Shown: positions 60,364 through 64,000 of the stretch, piece after piece
Layout of the letters: each line of letters opens with the position of its first letter
How positions within the stretch are numbered: position 1 is the stretch's first letter
NCBI GenBank assembly: GCA_003971905.1
Contig: RSEE01000059.1
Coordinates: 186,001 to 250,000 of the forward strand
Direction of reading: 5' to 3'
Length of the DNA stretch: 64,000 bases
Source of the DNA: Moniliella sp. 'wahieum'
Taxonomy: Eukaryota
Notes under the pieces: model-generated
Seen by the model: only the letters and a program-made list of their open reading frames with translations
What the model was told of the DNA's origin: nothing
Databases searched by the model: none
Made by a program: the position numbers and the translations under genes

Positions 60364-61380
60364 TTGGGCCCAGTGGCGTCCTTGGATTTCGCTGGCCCTA
60401 CTACATCTGTGGTTGGACTATTATCGTGCTTCTCTCGGTCTCGTGTCATACTTGTGCTCCCGCTCTGCTCCCTTTGTGCTCCCTATCTCTCACTGCCCTG
60501 GGACGAACACTTTCGCATCACTCTACTTGTGACCCATTGACTTCTAGATCCGCTTCTTGGTGTGGCGAAAGAGGTTGTCCTGTGTGTTCCTGGGAGCTGT
60601 AGCACTAATAGGTGTAGTATAGTGCACATGCCGACGCGCCAAAGACTCATTATTGCCTTTTTGTTTTTGGCTTGCCTGCCCACTGCATGTCAACTGGGAG
60701 CTACATTCCTGTGTTTTTGACAGGTGAGGGCCTGAGGACAGGTGAGGGTGTTTGGCCGAGCAGCTGGACTAGAATGATTAATGATTAATGAGTACTGAGG
60801 TTAATGAGGTCGGTGGCCGGTGGGTGGATGGGAACCACCTGGAGATCTCCGGCCAATCATCGAGATTAACTATCGGTTATCGACGCCTCTTGAAGCTTGA
60901 TTTTTCGCCATCCAAGAGCCGGCGCTTGCCACAGCCTGGCCAGGGTGGCGGCACGCAGACATCAGAAACCCCACACACTGCCCGCGTGCGTCGCACTGAG
61001 CTGGTCCCTGGCGGGCGGGGCGCAGGCCAGCGAGGCGGCGGTCGGGCCCAGCGCCCAGGCCGAGACCGGAACACTGGCGAGGAGCTGCGCGAGGGCAGAG
61101 CTTGGGCGCGATCCGGTTTAAACGTTAACACAGGCGCAACATAGCAGGTGTTACATGTTAATGCTACTGGCACCAACGCAGAGCGCTTGTTTGGGTTTCG
61201 ATCTCAGATGCAATTGTTCCCCAAACAATGGAGGCCTCGTTGATGCTTTCTTGGTTACTAGCTGCGCGATTCAATATTCATGCCTGGTACATGGTACGTG
61301 TTACCCACCATGCCTCTGCCCCTTCCCACCACCACCCCCTACGTGGAGCGCAGGAAGAAGGAAGAGGGAAACCATTCTCG

Positions 61381-64000
61381 ATGGGCCACACATCGTCCAA
61401 GCCAAGAACCGCTGATCCAACCCATAATACAGCTGCGCCGGCCGTGGCCCGGGGTTCAGCGGGGCCCACTGAATCTCGACCATCTTACCCTCGCACGCCT
61501 CCTCGCCCCCGCCCCCGCCCCCACAATCCATCGGAACCCAACCTCCAGTCCAACCCCAAGCCAACTTCCAAACCCAAGCTTACATCGAAATCAAAATCCA
61601 CCAAGTCGCCCTCACCGCTACTTCGCCCCTTGCTGCTGATGCCGGACAACTTGTCCCAGAACGTCTCCCGCCATTCTGTGCCCCCTGCAAATGGACATGC
61701 AGCGCAACGCATTGAGCGTCCCCGCTCTGCCCCGGGGAGGAGCGCAGCTGGCCCCGCGTTGCAAATCACAGCACCTTCCCCGCATGACACCAACCACGAT
61801 GGCGGCAACCCACCCGTACCGATTCTTATAGCAGACCCGCCGACGACCGTGCTTACTCTTCTGCGCCATTGCGGCCACGATACCTGCAAACCGTCTCTCC
61901 CATCCTTGAGACGGAGGACGGGCAGGGTGAGGAGAGTGGGTCCTGGGGTGCACAGATCGCTCCCTTTCCCGCCTTGCCTTCCGTTCCGGCCCCACACCGG
62001 CCCAAAGCCCCTTCTCCATCCTTCGCAGATATAACAGCAAACCAGCCTTACAGCCCTTTCCTCACCGCTGCCCCCACATCCATGTTGCCTCGATGCCTAT
62101 CAGCCCCTACCCACTTGCTTCCCCAGGATTCGCCTCGCTACTTGCAGCCTGATCAGGTGCGTTTTTTTATATATCTCTGGCCCGTTAGCTGCTGTTCGTC
62201 ATGTATTGACACACTTCTCACTTTGCATAGCACATTCCTGCGGAATCAAGTACAAAGATCCAGACTCCAGAAAACAGGCCCACCCGGATCCACCCGCGCT
62301 GGCAAAGTGTCCCTCCCCTCTCTCACTCCGGCCACCGCAGAAGAAACCGGTGTCATGGTCTGGTTACGAGATACCACGACACCTATTGGCCGAGGCAGAA
62401 CAGAGGGTGGGGGAGTCTGGGGGCGACATGCGGAGTCCATCATCGTTGGGGATGCGTTCTACTCCACTGGAAGTCAACGGGTTAGCTCTAGAGGCCCATC
62501 CTTTGGTTCACACTGGCGAGGAGGGTTCAACCCAACCTAGCCAATATGACCGCTCTCGTATGGCCGTCACATCGACCCCGTCTAACCTAAGAGCTCATCC
62601 GGCCGCTTGGAGCACAAATGCAGCGTCCCACGCGGGACTCGGGTTGTTTGATCCAATGGGGGTACGAAGGACCAACGCCAGAAGCGCAAGCGGTCATGGG
62701 TTTGGATCCTGAACGCTTCCCTTTCCAGCATCTGATGGCAGGAGATCATCCCGAACAGGAAGAGATGACGATACACAGAGCACCAGCTCCTATGGAGAAG
62801 TCCGCACCATTGTTGACAACTCAGTGCGCCTCTGGGCCAGTGAGATCTTGCCTACATCTTCCCCAACCTCCACGCAGCCAGCGTTCACTCCTGCTACGGA
62901 GGAGCAGCTAAATCTGCTCACGACGTTTCATGCCTCATCATCGACTCCGCACGTGCTTTCAGATGCGTACGAAAAATACCTGCACGCCATTGGGGGGAAG
63001 CCCCGCCGCAACGCAGATGGGATGCGGTGGGACCATCCTGTCCCCCCACCGCGGAGTGCAAAAAGAGGATCGGTTATTCATGGTTCACCCATGACGTGCC
63101 ACAGAGGGAAAGAAAGATATCGCGGCCTCAGTCAGATGTGATGTCGTCCGCTGCCTCACCCTCCTTTGGGGTGAGCGCCTTGCCCAATACATTGGAACAC
63201 CCACTCTCCCTTGCTTCCACTCCGTCTCTGGAATCGCCCTCGGGACTCGTCCGCCCGCTCAGTCCTTCCTGCTCCGCCAACGCTCCTTCACCGTGCCTTG
63301 CACCCGCGATGCATCTCTCTTCCTTCGATCCAGTGCAATCGCCAATCTCTCCACATGAGGAGGGCGTGGTCTTGCGCCATGCCAGACCGAGCCAGGCCTC
63401 CATCACCTCACCGCTTCGCACTTTTGGTCGCACTACCCTTCCCGTACTTGGAGTTACGCCGTACTTGCGTCACACTACCTACACTTCCTCCCCCTCGCTG
63501 TGCTCTTCAAACAATCATACCAGCCACCCGACTCACCTGCTCCATCCGCTCGCAGCGGAAGTTCAGAGGGCTCTCCTCCACCGCCACAGGGCACACAGGC
63601 CTCCCTTGCCATTCTCCGCGCAATGGAACGAAGCCAAGAGGAGAAGAGGGGGGATGCACCGATAAACCGCTGACGCTGAACGCGCCTTCTTCCATGCTGG
63701 CATACCCACCGGGGCCACTAGAGGGTCAGTAATTGAGCAGCATTCTGCAGCGGAAGGATCCTCAATACGACCCAGCTCAGACCGCTGTCTCCTCCTTGTC
63801 ACCGCGCAAGACTGCGCCTGTGCCTGCGCTTGCTCCAAACCAAGTTCACCACCCTGGAGGCGGAGGAGATTGGACGTCTGCTCCAGACGCTGGTGGCACA
63901 CAAGAAAGTCAAGCGTCTGCGCCGCGCCGCGATTGCCGCATTGGCGAAGAGCGAGAGCGACGATTCGGACGAGGAGGAGGCGCGTCGCCCGAGGCCGGCG
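61381..64000 (+). CDS. Hypothetical low-complexity protein, probably continuing past window end
   Basis: Chain of Pro/Ser-rich plus-strand ORF pieces from MGHTSSKP; no domain recognised. Confidence 0.4.

Overview
Fungal nuclear genomic DNA, GC-rich, with short GT..AG introns and CTRAC/CTAAC branch points; most likely a basidiomycete (Ustilaginomycotina-like, an inference). Nearly every conserved gene is broken by 1-bp indels, which points to an unpolished long-read assembly, so many CDS ends are approximate. Gene order: MPH1 (partial), velvet-domain protein, mitoferrin, HIU hydrolase, PDC, DBP2 (627-nt intron), NFKBIL1-like, myosin light chain, ERV41-like, SWC5, hypothetical, a complete young Ty1/copia element (5-bp TSD, near-identical LTRs) 106 bp upstream of a DHA2 MFS transporter, Mus7/Mms22-like, SABATH-like methyltransferase, TBP, ODC carrier, a head-to-head ATP14/INH1 pair, intron-containing tRNA-Tyr and tRNA-Glu, a secreted DPBB protein, two solo LTRs of a second family, an oxysterol-binding protein and a truncated hypothetical. 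Two observations stand out. (1) The copia primer-binding site is a multipartite complement of the 5' half (nt 10-40) of the spliced tRNA-Tyr encoded in this window, suggesting half-tRNA-Tyr priming. (2) Intergenic DNA carries many 7-bp-period arrays of T[C/G]A plus a variable 4-bp palindrome.
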